From the NCBI GenBank assembly GCA_000165425.1, contig CT868485.1:1-64000 (forward strand): a DNA stretch of 64,000 nt, in the 5' to 3' direction. The notes beneath the pieces were generated by a model. That model was not told where the DNA came from. It worked only from the letters and a program-made list of their open reading frames with translations, and ran no database searches. This document shows, piece after piece, positions 26,733 through 39,497 of this stretch (position 1 is its first letter; each line of letters begins with the position of its first letter). The DNA comes from Paramecium tetraurelia (taxonomy: Eukaryota). A program made the position numbers and the translations under genes.

Positions 26733-28999
26733 TCTAAAATTTTATTTTTATTAATGATTATAGAACATTATTCTAAAATTCCTTCCTCCTCATTCATTTA
26801 TATTATTGATTTACAATGTCATTCATCTCTTTACTCATTAAAATATATATCACTTTTTATTGGATTCGAAAGGTTTTTCGAACTGTTCTTAACCATTTCA
26901 ATAATATAGATTGATATATTACGTTATAAAGTATTACATAGTATAGAATACTTAACAATACAGGTTACTTATAATAATTATAACCAGCTTCTTCAGTAAA
27001 AATGGTCAAAATTTATATATATCTATTTGATATATTCCATAAAACAATTTATAAATAATTAATAAAAATATAGATCATACAATAACTTAATTCTTAAATA
27101 AATTAGTTCGATTGATAATTTGAGCTAAAATAAGGATGTTAGGTAACAAATATGAAATGTTTCTGAAAATTTGGTCTTATTTAATAAAAAATATTAGAAA
27201 ACTTACAGATTTGTAATTTCTTTCTAATCATTTAAGTTATAGGCTTTTCTGGTCAATTTAGAATGTACCTAATCAATAAATTTAGATTCAGCTCCTTCAA
27301 TATTAAAATGATAATATATATTAAGTTGATTATATAGGATGTTGAATAATCAGAACTCTATCTTAGTTTGTTTTTTAAACAAATTAATTAAATTCTTACA
27401 ATAATCTGCTAATTAGATAAGGAATTAAGAAATAAATCAAAAATATAATTTTAAATAATACAAAATTTTCCTATTATTTTATCTCATCCTCAGATTGATT
27501 TTCAGCGGTTTAGATCCATCAAAGTCATGAGATAATTATTTGTGAGAAATATAGCATTTAGATAATTACTTTCACCAATTTTAGAAAATAAATGAAAAAT
27601 TGTCCTCCGAAAATATGTGAATTCTTATAATAATAATAATTCTTTAATTAAATGATTATTTGCACTATTCCCCAATAAATAAATAGGAACCAAAGAGTAA
27701 CAAAATCATAATTCAATCAATATGTTTTTATAATAAATACTCAATCAAATAGATTAATTCTAATTACAATTATTAGTTTTTACCAAAAATCGCTAAATAC
27801 TTTTAACAATACGATATTAAATTCAACTTTTATTGATTAATATTTCCAAAAATATTGTGCTACTTATTAAATTAAATAGTTCATTTCAATATCCTCATTT
27901 AAATTCGTTAGGGTATGAAAAAACTTCTTAAAGATTTCTTTTATCAAGAACACACTTAATTTATAATTAATAAAAGTGTTTGATAGCCTTAGATTATAAT
28001 AATTCAGGATTAGAATCAAACCAGAAATGAATATTTTTAGAAATTTAAGATCTTCTGAAATAAAAATGATTATATGTACACAAAGATCAGATGAACCACC
28101 ATAGATTTTATAATATGAAATATGAATATTATCATAAATTAATATCACAACAATCATGGATAAAATCGGAATTATCATAAGGTATTTGTTCACTAATAAC
28201 AGTTGTGAGTTCATCAATATATACTTATCTCTCAAATTCTGGTTTCAATATTTGCATGCAGTGCTAAAGAATTAATATATATATTTTACAATGATTGATT
28301 AAGAGTTTTCATTTCCAAAAGTTCCAGATTTCCTTAGTGTTTATTGCAAATGGCCCAACTCAGACAATCCTATTTTAGGTTCCTATTATAATTGCTCTTT
28401 TATTCTCTTATTGTCTTTTGCCATAATCTTAAAGTATAAGATTTAAGATTAATGATGTTGTGTCTCTTTTACAAATAGTGATTCAAATTTCTCTGCAGCT
28501 CGTATAATTTATTATGGAATATGTTATTTAATAGAACTCTCAAAACTTTTCATGATCAAAGATAGTTAAATTAAATAATTAAAAATATCACTATAAATAT
28601 CTAAATTTACAATAGTGATTTATTAGTGATTCGTAAGAGGATTGAACCCGCCTTAATTCATTCTAATTCATTTAAAAATTACTCAAATGATTAGAAAATG
28701 TTAAAATTTCAATTATATAAATTAAATTTCAGGTTTTTCCATAATATGAGGAAATATTGGTATTGATTCTAATAGGTTAATTTAATTTATAATAATTACA
28801 AAGACTTAAAAGTAATAGTACCATTTAATGCTGTCAAACTGAAGGAGAATTTCATTGAATGTGGATATGTAATTTTGGAATATGAAAATAATTAAAAATT
28901 TAAATGTTGCCTTTTAGTGATATTTTACTGTAGATTGGATAGTTAAAATTGATTTATAATAATATTGTTTAATTAAAGCATTTATAAAGGCAAAACTAA

Positions 29000-30177
29000 A
29001 TGTTTGAATAGGATTATTATAAGAGAATTATCGACAAGTAATCAACCCCAAATAGGTAAACAATAAATACAGCCAAGCCTTGGTTTCCACAATTGAAGCA
29101 TAGATTGGCTTTAAAAGGTAATGATGTTAGAATAATTTAGATTACGATTACAAGTTTTTTGTGTTGCCTCCAAATAAAATGGTGTCACTATTGAAGAAAT
29201 AAAAGATCAATGTGCCATCAGATGAGTAGATTAGGGAATTTTTGAGAAATCACTCCCTCAAACATATTGTGTAATATGATGCTGTGGACTTCAAAAATGT
29301 CGATAAGATCTGTGCATCAAATAGTCCTTCCCCCTTGATGATAAATAAAAAGAATCGAAAACTCTTCATGTAACAAAATCCAAATACAAATTACAAACTG
29401 ATCGAACAAAAACCGTAGACAGCCCAAAAAGCATTTGATAGATAATCTTCAGTGCAGTTTAGTAAAGTGAGAGAGTTGAAATCACAGCAATTGGAAATAA
29501 GACCGAATCGGGAAAACCTGGAAATAGACGTGAAAGGAATTAAAAGGAAGATGAGAATACATGAAATTTCAGCCAAGTCTACTCCCAACATAGATGCCTA
29601 ATCCAACTTAAAATTCTTTGCCTAAAGTAGTAGGAAGCGCAATCGAAGAAGAATAGAGCTTTTGAGACGTTCTTTGAAAAAGATCAAACTTTTGGGATTG
29701 TCGATCATAGAAGTGATACAAAAGCAAGTATTTAGTAAGAAAGCCTTTTCAAGTCAATTTTCAAAGGAATTTATATTTGCATCCAAATAAAATAGACTTG
29801 AACAGATGTAGAGTTTTTTAATAACTCATCCTTATTTGGTGTTTCAATATGATTATTACAATATGACTGCCCTTCATTGGGCATGTAAATACGGTTATTT
29901 GGATATGGTAAGGATGCTGTTGCACTACCACGCAGATTTTGATGCAATAGATTTGATGAATAGAACCCCATTGAGTATAGCAATAATGGAAAATCATTAG
30001 GAGATAGTTAAATTATTGCTTACACACGGTGCCTATCCTTGGAGCACTAGTTTAACTGATCTGAATGGTCCTCTGCAACGCAATGCAGAGATGAAGAGAA
30101 TAGTTGGGTTAGCAAGAAGAATGCAACTCTTTACTAAATGGAGCAGATTAGAATAACCTACTTTGTGTATTTATTGA
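29000..30177 (+). CDS. Ankyrin-repeat protein
   Basis: MFEQDYYKRII...; C-terminal NMTALHWACKYGYLDMVRMLLHYHADFDAIDLMNRTPLSIAIMENHQEIVKLLLTHGAYP; TGA 30175-30177. Confidence 0.88.
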
Positions 30178-30188
30178 TTGATAAATAA

Positions 30189-30700
30189 TCATTTTTTGTA
30201 GTAATCATCACATAATTTATTAAAGTCAGTTAACCATTTTTTTTTAAATTTATCCCCATAATCAAAGAACAATTCTTCTCCTATTGATATGTTTTTGGTG
30301 GTGAACCTACCGATAGTTCTGTATATATATACCTATAGTTTTCATTTTCGTTTAATCAACACCATATTTGCCACATTAGGTGATATCTCTGCATCTCTGT
30401 TCCATCTCCATAGTATTATTCAATTTCTATCTACCAAAGATTTCTCTCAAAAACAAAGAATTAGGCTTGAATTCAGTCTCATTTGTTCCAGTCTCAAATA
30501 GTGTTTGCTGTCATCTATACTCTTAGCCAGTCCTTATTCTAGATTCTACACATGCTCTTCAATCTCCTCAGTTAACTAAGTTGGAATGGATAGGGGTGCT
30601 TTTATTAAATATAACAAAAATTCTACTTAAGCGTTCCAAAAATACTAGAGTTGGATGCTACAATCTGATGTTGCCTGGCATATTTTTATAGCGATTGGTC
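30189..30700 (-). pseudogene. Remnant of an Enhancer-of-zeste-like SET-domain gene (C-terminal fragment, large internal deletion)
   Basis: Minus strand ends IGRFTTKNISIGEELFFDYGDKFKKKWLTDFNKLCDDYYKK*. ELFFDY is SET motif IV as in E(z)/EZH2. Upstream frames are broken and contain no NHS motif or CXC domain. Confidence 0.65.
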
Positions 30701-30844
30701 TTGATTGGCAAATTATCTCAATTTCTCTTTACTTTGATATCAATTCAATAAAATGAATAAATTATTCTAACTCAAATTTATGGTCAACTAAATACGATTA
30801 TTATATAAATAAAAAATGATTTTAGGAGAATTGTACAAATATTA

Positions 30845-32415
30845 TCAGCCTTTTAAAAACTCTGAAAATTTATCAAATTACTTAAACATCTCATATTGTT
30901 CCTCCGACTCAAAGAGTTATGATAATGGTTTATAAAAGTCTTGTGTCTCCTTATTCAATCTTCTTAATCTGGTGTTCTAAGCAAAAGTTTGAACACTCAA
31001 AGCATTGATCTATGATTCATACTTAAGTATTACCTTCAAAACATGATTAATCAAGAATATGTGCCTTTTGCTGTTGATTATTCTTCTACCATAAGATTCT
31101 ATAAATAATTTCTATCTATTTTCTACTATGTCATTTATTAGATTTACACATTGCTCATCATACCATGACCATGCTTTTTGGCTTAACTAAGAGATGTTGT
31201 CAACGGTTCTAAATAATGGCAATTGGTTTTTTAGCATATAAGGCAATTAAACACTAGACAACTTTAATTCTGCTATCAATGAATGAACATTCTCATCCTC
31301 TTTATGAAATTGCAACCAATTTAGTATGTTCCTCATATTGCCTTTCATAAATAAAGTAAGTATGAAAATATCATAGTAATCTAAATTCATCTCTAAATCC
31401 TGAATCCTTAGAGAAGGTCTTTGCATTGTAAAATTCACAAAGAACCCTCCTGATTCTTTGATGTTTTCATAGATCACCTTCCTTTTTAACTCAGTATTGA
31501 TCCTATCCAATTACCCTTTGTAATTTTGCTCGATTATCGATACTAAATAAATGTATTTGACTATTTCATTATGAGAATATTGGACCAGTTCAAAGTTATC
31601 GAATAGTTCATGATTCTATTAACAGTCTGCAATTATGAAGACTCGATACCTGTAATCCATATAAAGGGCACTCGCTGAATCTATAACATTCTGGAATTGA
31701 TGAATTTTGGAAGAGTGCCTCTATGAACTATTATCTTCTTTTTGTTGCCAAATTCAGTATTTTCCTATTCCTAAGTAAATTTGATGTGTTGACTTGCAAA
31801 CATCTCTTCGAATTCTCTCTTCTCAGTGTAATTGTAAGTGAAGAGAACATCAATTTTATATGCTCTTGCTATAGCCAATAATGTGCTCATCTTTCCACTA
31901 GCCCCGTAGATGTTCAACATCTGATAATTCCAATTTTAATTGTTCATTGAATTCGATTACGAATACCATGACTCTGATTAATCTACTTAATCCTAGGCCA
32001 GTATTGAAAAGGAATTCTTGAGCCAATGTTTAAGAAATTACGCATTCTCCTGACTAATCAACTAAATTAGATATCAAATTACATCGTCAATGTGATCAGG
32101 AGTATAAATATCACTCCAAATGTCTGACATTTTAGTAACATTCAGATACAATATTGAACTTAGCATATCTCCAATTTAATCCAAATTTTAGATTTTTCCC
32201 AACTATTACACTAATTAGCCAAAATTAAACTCCTTCATTATCTCATTTCTATATTTCTATAATACTCTTCTTAATTGAAAACCCACCGATCCTAATAAAG
32301 GACATTTAATAAATTATTTTTATTTTTCCTTTATCTCTTTCCTGTCCTTCTTATTTCCATTACCAAAGAAGGCTTAGATGTTTTAGTTATTTTTTGCATG
32401 TCTCTTGGGTGGCAT
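30845..32415 (-). CDS. ELG1/ATAD5-like alternative RFC large subunit with degenerate AAA+ motifs
   Basis: MPPKR...NQNIQAFF (PIP-like); IWSDIYTPDHIDDLISQENAQFLKHWLK (RFC box II-like WxxxYxP); MLNIYGASGKMSTLLAIARAY (Walker A-like); QRVPFIWITD; short introns. Confidence 0.6.
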
Positions 32416-32591
32416 TTCCTGAACTCAATTATTTTTTGCGCAAATATGAAATATTTTAATTATCAATTAAAAAAAGGAATATTTTAGTTTACTCCTCAAT
32501 GATTCAACCCTGAAAATATGAATAACCTTAAATGGAACCATTCGTTTTGCGACAAAATCATCAAAATTTTAATATTTAGAACTCATAATAA

Positions 32592-33800
32592 TCAACTATT
32601 CTGATCTTCAATAAGTAATTCTCTTAAAATTTTCTTCATCTCTTGCTTACTAATATATTTCTATCCTTATTTTTCTTCTACTTACTGTTCCGTATTAAAT
32701 TACTTCTCAGTCAAATAGTTCAGTGCTATACAAGAGAAATAACCACATGAATTGTAATCTGATTGCCGAGGAAATTCTCTTATTATTTTAATCTTAAATA
32801 TCGGAATTGTTGACATCACCTCACTGAAAATTGTTTAAAATAATAGTATGAGCCTTTCATATTTTTCTGGATTTGAATAAAGAGAATCATAAATTTCGAT
32901 TATAGATTCTTCCAAATCCAATTTAGCACAAAACCAATGAAAATTTTGGTTTACCACAAAAATTATATTCTGATAAATCTTCCAAAATTAATATTAAATT
33001 GACTCAAAATTACTAAGTTATTCATAAAATAACGTTAACCATTTTTCCTTATTAAATTCAGTGTTTATTGAGCAATTTGTTATGTAATCAGAGCAAAAAA
33101 TGTATGTTCTCCTATGTTTCTTCCTAACTTCGACTTCTGAAGTAAAATATTTTTGCTCATCAGCAAGCCTTAAATAGTTGGCATAAGAATCAACAATATT
33201 ACTAGTAAGCCACATTCCTGTTGATTTTAAAATTAGAAAATCCTTTGATCTAAAAATGGCATTGTACATAATGTCTTTGGATTAATGCTTACTTGAGAAG
33301 GGGAAAGACTTCTTGATTTCCTTTAGGTTTCCATCCTTATCATAAATTTCAATTTTATCAAAACTTATTTTCATAATAAGTTTATTAGATTCTAGTATTT
33401 CATCAAAATTTGATTATATTGACTTTTCGAATTCTTCAGGGAATTTATTCAATGATATAGAAACTAATTTTGGAAATTGAAGATCCTCTTGCTCATTCAT
33501 TTTCTAATTTTATAGTTTTTACTTTTTGTGATCATAGTGTTGAATGTCATAATTAATCTCAGGGTTCTTTATGTTTTCTCGATATTTGATTAATTTTTCT
33601 GAAATCAACTTTTGGAAATCTAATTCAGGCCTACCTTGCTATCCAGGTGGATCTAAAAATTTAATCTTTTTATTCTCTTTTATAGGATGGGATGGGTATT
33701 TACATTTTTAAGTTTCAGCATATCTATTCTATGAGGGCTCACAAGTTTTGACTCTTTATGAAGGTATTTCCTAAATAAAAATGGATTCTTTCTTATTCAT
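32592..33800 (-). CDS. Ulp1/SENP-family (peptidase C48) protease
   Basis: GMWLTSNIVDSY, FVVNQNFHWFCAKLD, IYDSL, PRQSDYNSCGYF provide His/Asp/Gln/Cys catalytic residues; intronless 1209 nt. Confidence 0.9.
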
Positions 33801-33813
33801 TTTCTATTTATAA

Positions 33814-34921
33814 TCAAATTAATTCACAGAAGTAAACTTACTATAAATTTAAAAATGCTTAGCTTATGGCTTCGTTAGTTGTAACAATCATATGCACCCA
33901 TTCTCGGCATTATCAATATTGATGGCATACTTGTCTATCAATTTTAAAAGATTCTTAAAGATTTTGATAGATCACTTGAATCTCAAGTGATGAAGAGTGG
34001 ATTCTTTCTATCTTTTGATGAAATACTTTCACAACTTGTACTGGTATCATTTTATGAGGGTTGTAGAACTCATAAAATAATGGTATTTTAAGAACTGCAA
34101 TAATTAGTTAATTTTCATAATAGTTCATTTAAATTTCCTTCATCATTCATCCATTAATGCTGCTTGACTTGTTCTATGGTGAATCTTGACTTGTGATCAG
34201 GATCCAACATATTTTAGATCAAATCCTTGAAATGTTAATCTGATCTAATGACTTTTTTGTCGAAGTAGTTCCAGAAGGCTTACCATTTTTTTTATTCTAT
34301 TGTCTGCCAAAATTTACATTCAGTAGGCTTTGCAATGGTGAAGGGCGGACAGCCATAGCAAAGTATGAAAATTAATACACCAAGTGCAAAGACATCAGAT
34401 TTCTTCAGAATCTCTCCGATAATTAGTTTGTCTTCCAAATTTAACTCAGGCGCCATGTAGGTGGGAGTTCCACAATGTCTTGGATAGAGCTTATTGGAGT
34501 CAATATAGACAGACAGACCAAAGTCAATAATTTTTAGATTAGGTTCTTTACTCAACATTACATTCTCTAACTTGATGTCTCTATGCACATAGCCGAGTTA
34601 GTGTAAGTAAGATAATCCATTACTTAGTTACAATAGAATTTATTTAATGGTGCTCTATTACAGAGTGCCACGTTTCGTGATTAATGAATAGAGATCCTAA
34701 TTCATGAGTTCTGTGATAAACCATTTATATTCACAATCTGCCTTCACAATTTTCTGAATATTTGTGTGACTGATCGATTGTAGAATCTTTATCTCCTTTT
34801 CCCTTAATTTTTTAGGGCATCCTTCCTTATAAATTTTAATGGCACAAGTGTCTCCTTCTTCTGTTAGGCATTTGTGAATTTGACCGAACAATCCTTCTCC
34901 AATTTTATTTTGTATTTACAT
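33814..34921 (-). CDS. Ser/Thr protein kinase
   Basis: MQIQNKIGEGLFGQI, CAIK, HRDIKLENVML, DFG, CGTPTYMAPE, SDVFALGV. Confidence 0.92.
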
Positions 34922-35672
34922 AAATAATTAATTTAATATATGCAAATAACATCAATATTAACTTAATCTTGTTGCACGATAGTTTGACACATGTACAACC
35001 TTCATTTAATCACACTCCCATCTCCATTTCATATTAATATGCTCATATACTATAAAAATGAGTATTGTACCCCTACCCCCATTTCTTGATTATCTTAATC
35101 TAATATTCTAATAAAATTGATTGAGAATCTTAATTTTAATTTATTCTTTTAGAAAATTAATTGATATTTATACCTAATCATTTAGTCATACTACAAAGGT
35201 ATATCATGATTCATTTTTAGAGATATAGCCTTCTTATCACCTATGTCCTGATTTATGGATATGAAATAGATTATATGATTTATGATAGAAGTCAATTTCA
35301 GGGATTTCTATTTTCTAAATTCAAATGAACCATATCATTTAGGCTACTATTTAAAAGGATATAAAATTATATGATATATAACATTATTGTAATTGATTTC
35401 TTAATCTATTTAAGGGAATTATTGTCTTCTCTTATTGTATAATAAATACTGTTAAGTTTGATCTGTCACTTTTGATTAATTCAATTTTTTTAGTTCTTAC
35501 CTTCAGTAGAATTATACACATGGATTCTGATTACTTAATTAGTTTTCTCTTTCTATTTTATCAATTCGCTTACTCTTTGCTATTAATAATTTGTTATAGA
35601 AAATGAATTTATTAAAATATTAATAAAATAATAATAATTTAAACTAAATCTCTTATATTTGCAATTAATTAT

Positions 35673-36373
35673 TCATTCAATTTCTTAGTCTTCTCGATTC
35701 TCTTAATCTCCACCATCCTCATGAGGCTTTTGCGTGACTTTAATATATATTTCCTCCTCTTCCTCGTATATCATATTATCTTCCTACTGATATTATTTTA
35801 ATTAGTTTTCGACTAACATCCCTTTGGCACTAGCTTATATTTTGATTATTTTCTCCAAGTCTTTGCCATCCTTATTTAGATTACTATATTTATAAATTGA
35901 GATTAGAAGAATGAATTTGAAGTTTCACTTTTACTTTATTCAAATCAATCGATATCATGTTCAACCTTTTAATGCCGCTTTATACACTTCTGGGAATTTA
36001 CCTTAAGAACCTGACGAAAGTTATCTGACTGATGAGACTTAAGGGACTGAAGAGTTTCTTTCAACTTCTTATCTTAGATTGGATATATCAACAATTCTTT
36101 TTGCTTTGTACTATGTAATCTCTTGGTTTGGTAGTTTAATGTTTATTTTCGATTACCTAGCTATTAGCAAATATCGTATTTGTTTTTAAAGTTAAATGAT
36201 TTTCTCTCTTGTATAGATTCAAAATATTCTACACGATATTTTATAATATCATCTGGTTAATATCTTAAAATCTGTGAATAATGAATTGGTTAAATACTTC
36301 TCTTGTAAAATTCATGCAACTTAGTGAAAAATGACTCAAGCACTAGATAATTTTGTAAATACTTAGATGCTAT
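35673..36373 (-). pseudogene. Decayed RIIa docking-domain + IQ motif (Sp17-like) gene
   Basis: Begins ATA GCA TCT AAG TAT (xASKYLQ, ATG apparently lost); LHEF...ILRYQPDDIIKY..EYFE resembles the RIIa domain; IIKIQASAKG IQ motif; frameshift and internal TGAs. Confidence 0.65.
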
Positions 36374-36890
36374 AATAAATAATTAATTATTATAGGATTT
36401 TCATAATTATTTGGTCAATATGATGATAATTAATTCTATCAGGAGATTGCTAATTATGTATGCTAATATATTACTGTTAACTTTGTCTTCTTGACTGTGT
36501 GTTTAATAGGCAATAATTAGATATATTGGCAAGAGAATAATAATATTTTATAGGTTAGAATAAAGTGAAACACGATTACTTTGTTTTCTAAATAGAAAAG
36601 ATTGAATTTATGGGTTTTATTTTATCATATGAGATTTATCGGCACATACAGGTTGTCGATTGTCTGGTTTAATAGAGTTAGGTCTCATTTTTAGAATGAT
36701 ATTTAAGCTAGAGTAGAATTATGTAGATTTTGAGTGCTTTTTAATTTGAATTGATGTGCTTTAAGGGAGGAACGCAGAGTTTTACCTGGATTGGTGATCA
36801 GGGAGGACTATTAAAAAAAGAAATTGCTTTGATGTTATATATTTTATGATTTGCAAAATGATTAATATTAAAAGAATTAAATTTAAATTG

Positions 36891-37264
36891 ATGGGTGACT
36901 ATTAAGGGGAATATATCTAGTAATATCTTTGCAATATCAATTTAAGAAAAAAAGTAAGGATATGTACTAAGAATTTATTTAGATCAAGGAACTTCTTAAA
37001 GAGAAAACTGAAATTCTTTAAAAACTAGAACAATTAGAAGTAGAAATACAACATACTATAATTAGAAAGATGGGAACAACTAGTCGTTTGAGGAAAGGAA
37101 AAAAAGATTGAGAAGTCTAGCCAGTGAAATTTAACGTAATTTTGAATGCCCATTGTCGAGATGTGGTAAGAAATATGGGTAATAATGACAATATGTTTAG
37201 AAGCGAAGGTTCGTTAAACCAGCATATAAAACTCAAGCATCCTGAATTAGTCAATAAAGCTTGA
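36891..37264 (+). CDS. Small C2H2 zinc-finger protein with coiled-coil N-terminus
   Basis: Three short introns; MGDYQGEYIQQYLCNINLRKKIKELLKEK...FECPLSRCGKKYGSEGSLNQHIKLKHPE. Confidence 0.9.
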
Positions 37265-37371
37265 TATTTATTTTGTTCTAAATTAATTGAATTTATCATT
37301 CCTTATTATGTTAATCTTAGAATATTATCCTGATGTAATCTTGCTTAGGGATTGATATTATTTTTAATTAA

Positions 37372-39360
37372 ATGTTATAACAATACAATTCAATAGTAGT
37401 TGATGCCAGTTACATAAATAAGAATTACACCTAAGAAAGCGTGATAGGAAAAGGGCGAGACTTTTACACCGGAATATCCTCGATTAGTTACCTTATGTCT
37501 CATTCGAAGGAAGGAGAGAAATATATACTCCAAATTTATGAGAACTTGGGTTATGATACATTCAGAACCAAGGTATTGCAATTGCAGAAAGCCATGTTGG
37601 AATGCGTCAATGAATACACCACCAGAATAGTGATGATAGCAGAAAAAGAATTAAATGATAAGCAATCTGATTTGTATGTGTTATACAGATTGAACGCATT
37701 GAAGAAGAGATTGGATCAAGAGGATCAATTAGGTCCAGAATAGGCTCTAGAATTGCTGACTACATTTTGTAAGAATCTGCTAATTACAGGTAAGACAACA
37801 TCATCATTATTTTCTAGCTCGATCAACTTTTGAGTTTCTGGATCTCGCACCTCAAAATGTATTTGTAGACGGGTAAAAATTCATCATTTCCAATATGGGC
37901 ATTTCTTTCAAAGGCTCTAAATTCCATAGACCTTACATACCAAGTACCGACAGCTTTTTTAAGGATAAATCCCTTGCAAATTTAATTTATACCTATTCCT
38001 TCTAAGCAGGCTTGGTTGTCTTATGTGCCATCACCAAGATCAATTCGGCAGATTTCTTCTTCGAGGATGGACAACTCAAAGACAATATATTGCAATCAGT
38101 ATTGAAAGTCCTTAGAGAAAATCAGAAAACTGACAGATCTAAAGAAGATTAACTCAAATACGATAAATTTAAAGATTCGTTAAAAAAATAGTTGCCTTCT
38201 TTATCCAAAGTTGAAAAGCCATTTGAAGGGGATTACAAAGCAATTTTACCAATCTTATCTTAAATATTGTCTTTGGATCAGTAAAAGAGATCTATTTTCT
38301 AATTGTTGGTTTGCTATCCTGATAATCCATTGAAGGTTGAGTATCCATTCTTTCAATAAGCCATTGATGTCAACTAATAATATGTTGGATTTGGTAGATT
38401 AGAGGATAATTAGATCATACCTCATGGTTATGGCTAAGGGAAGTTTGAAGATTAATGGCATTATGGAACTTTTGAGGATGGTCAATTAAGTAAGGATGGA
38501 ACCATCGAAATGAAGACTTAGAAGGCTGTCTCGTATATTCTATTGAATTTGTTAGAAAGACACGACAAAATTATTGTAGAGTTAAATAAATACATTTACA
38601 TCGGAGAATTTGATCAATAGAAGTATATACCTAATGGAATGGGGGAAATCATTTATGTATTGACTAGTTAGAAGAGTTTATAAAGGAAGAGACAAACTAT
38701 CAATTTCGAAGGACAATTAAAATTAGGTGAAAAGGTTGAGGGCAGGGAATATTATAGAAACAAATCTAATTTCGATGGCACATTTGCCAAAAATACTCCA
38801 TTGAAAGGGGTTTTCACATATGGTCCTAATCATTTTTATGATGGTTTAATTGAGGATTTCAAAAGAATATCAGGAAAATTATACTTTGGAGATTTAACTT
38901 TTGAGGGAGTATTTGAAAATGATAAAGTAAAATCCGGAGCTTTGATTTATGAGGATGGAAGTGAATATAAGGGATAATTTTTAAATGGATAAAGATGTAT
39001 ATATTTAATAAACAATTAGCTTCATTGGATGGAACGTATACATATAGTAATGGTAAGGTATAATATACTGGAAATTTCAAAGATGATACCTTCCATGGAA
39101 GGGGAGTTCTAATTCTATTGGAAACGAATGAATAGGTGGAAGTTGAGTATGAGTATGGAAGATGTAAGACAGATTTACCAGAAAACTTTAAAGAAGTATT
39201 GAAGAAAAACAAAAAATAAGTAATTCAGAAAATGGAACAAAAGAAACCTTAGAAGAAGAATAATGATGATGATGATGACGAGTAAATTAAAGAAGATATA
39301 GATGAAGGATTGGCTGATGATGATGGAAAATATCATGATTTGGATGATGAAGACGCTTGA
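37372..39360 (+). CDS. Pseudokinase-like domain + MORN-repeat protein with acidic tail
   Basis: VIGKG, FLDLAPQNVFV...IISNMGI, ILSLDQQKRS; then MORN-type repeats (YIGEF, YKGQFLNG, YTGNFKDDTFHGRGVL); D-rich C-terminus. Confidence 0.75.
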
Positions 39361-39497
39361 AAGTATGAATTTATTTTAATCATATTAATAATAAGCTATT
39401 CAATATAGATAAATTTTCATTTCAATTATATTATGAAGAACTTTTATTAGTTATCTTTAATATTATATTAATTATCATTATATACTAAATATTCTAA

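Noticed and set aside
28630..28660. tRNA T-loop/B-box-like GGTTCAATCC on the minus strand
   Set aside because: The T-stem does not pair, and there is no acceptor stem, D arm or anticodon arm.
35060..35085. C-rich patch (CCCCTACCCCC) as a possible internal telomeric repeat
   Set aside because: It does not match tandem C4A2/C3A3 units and occurs only once.
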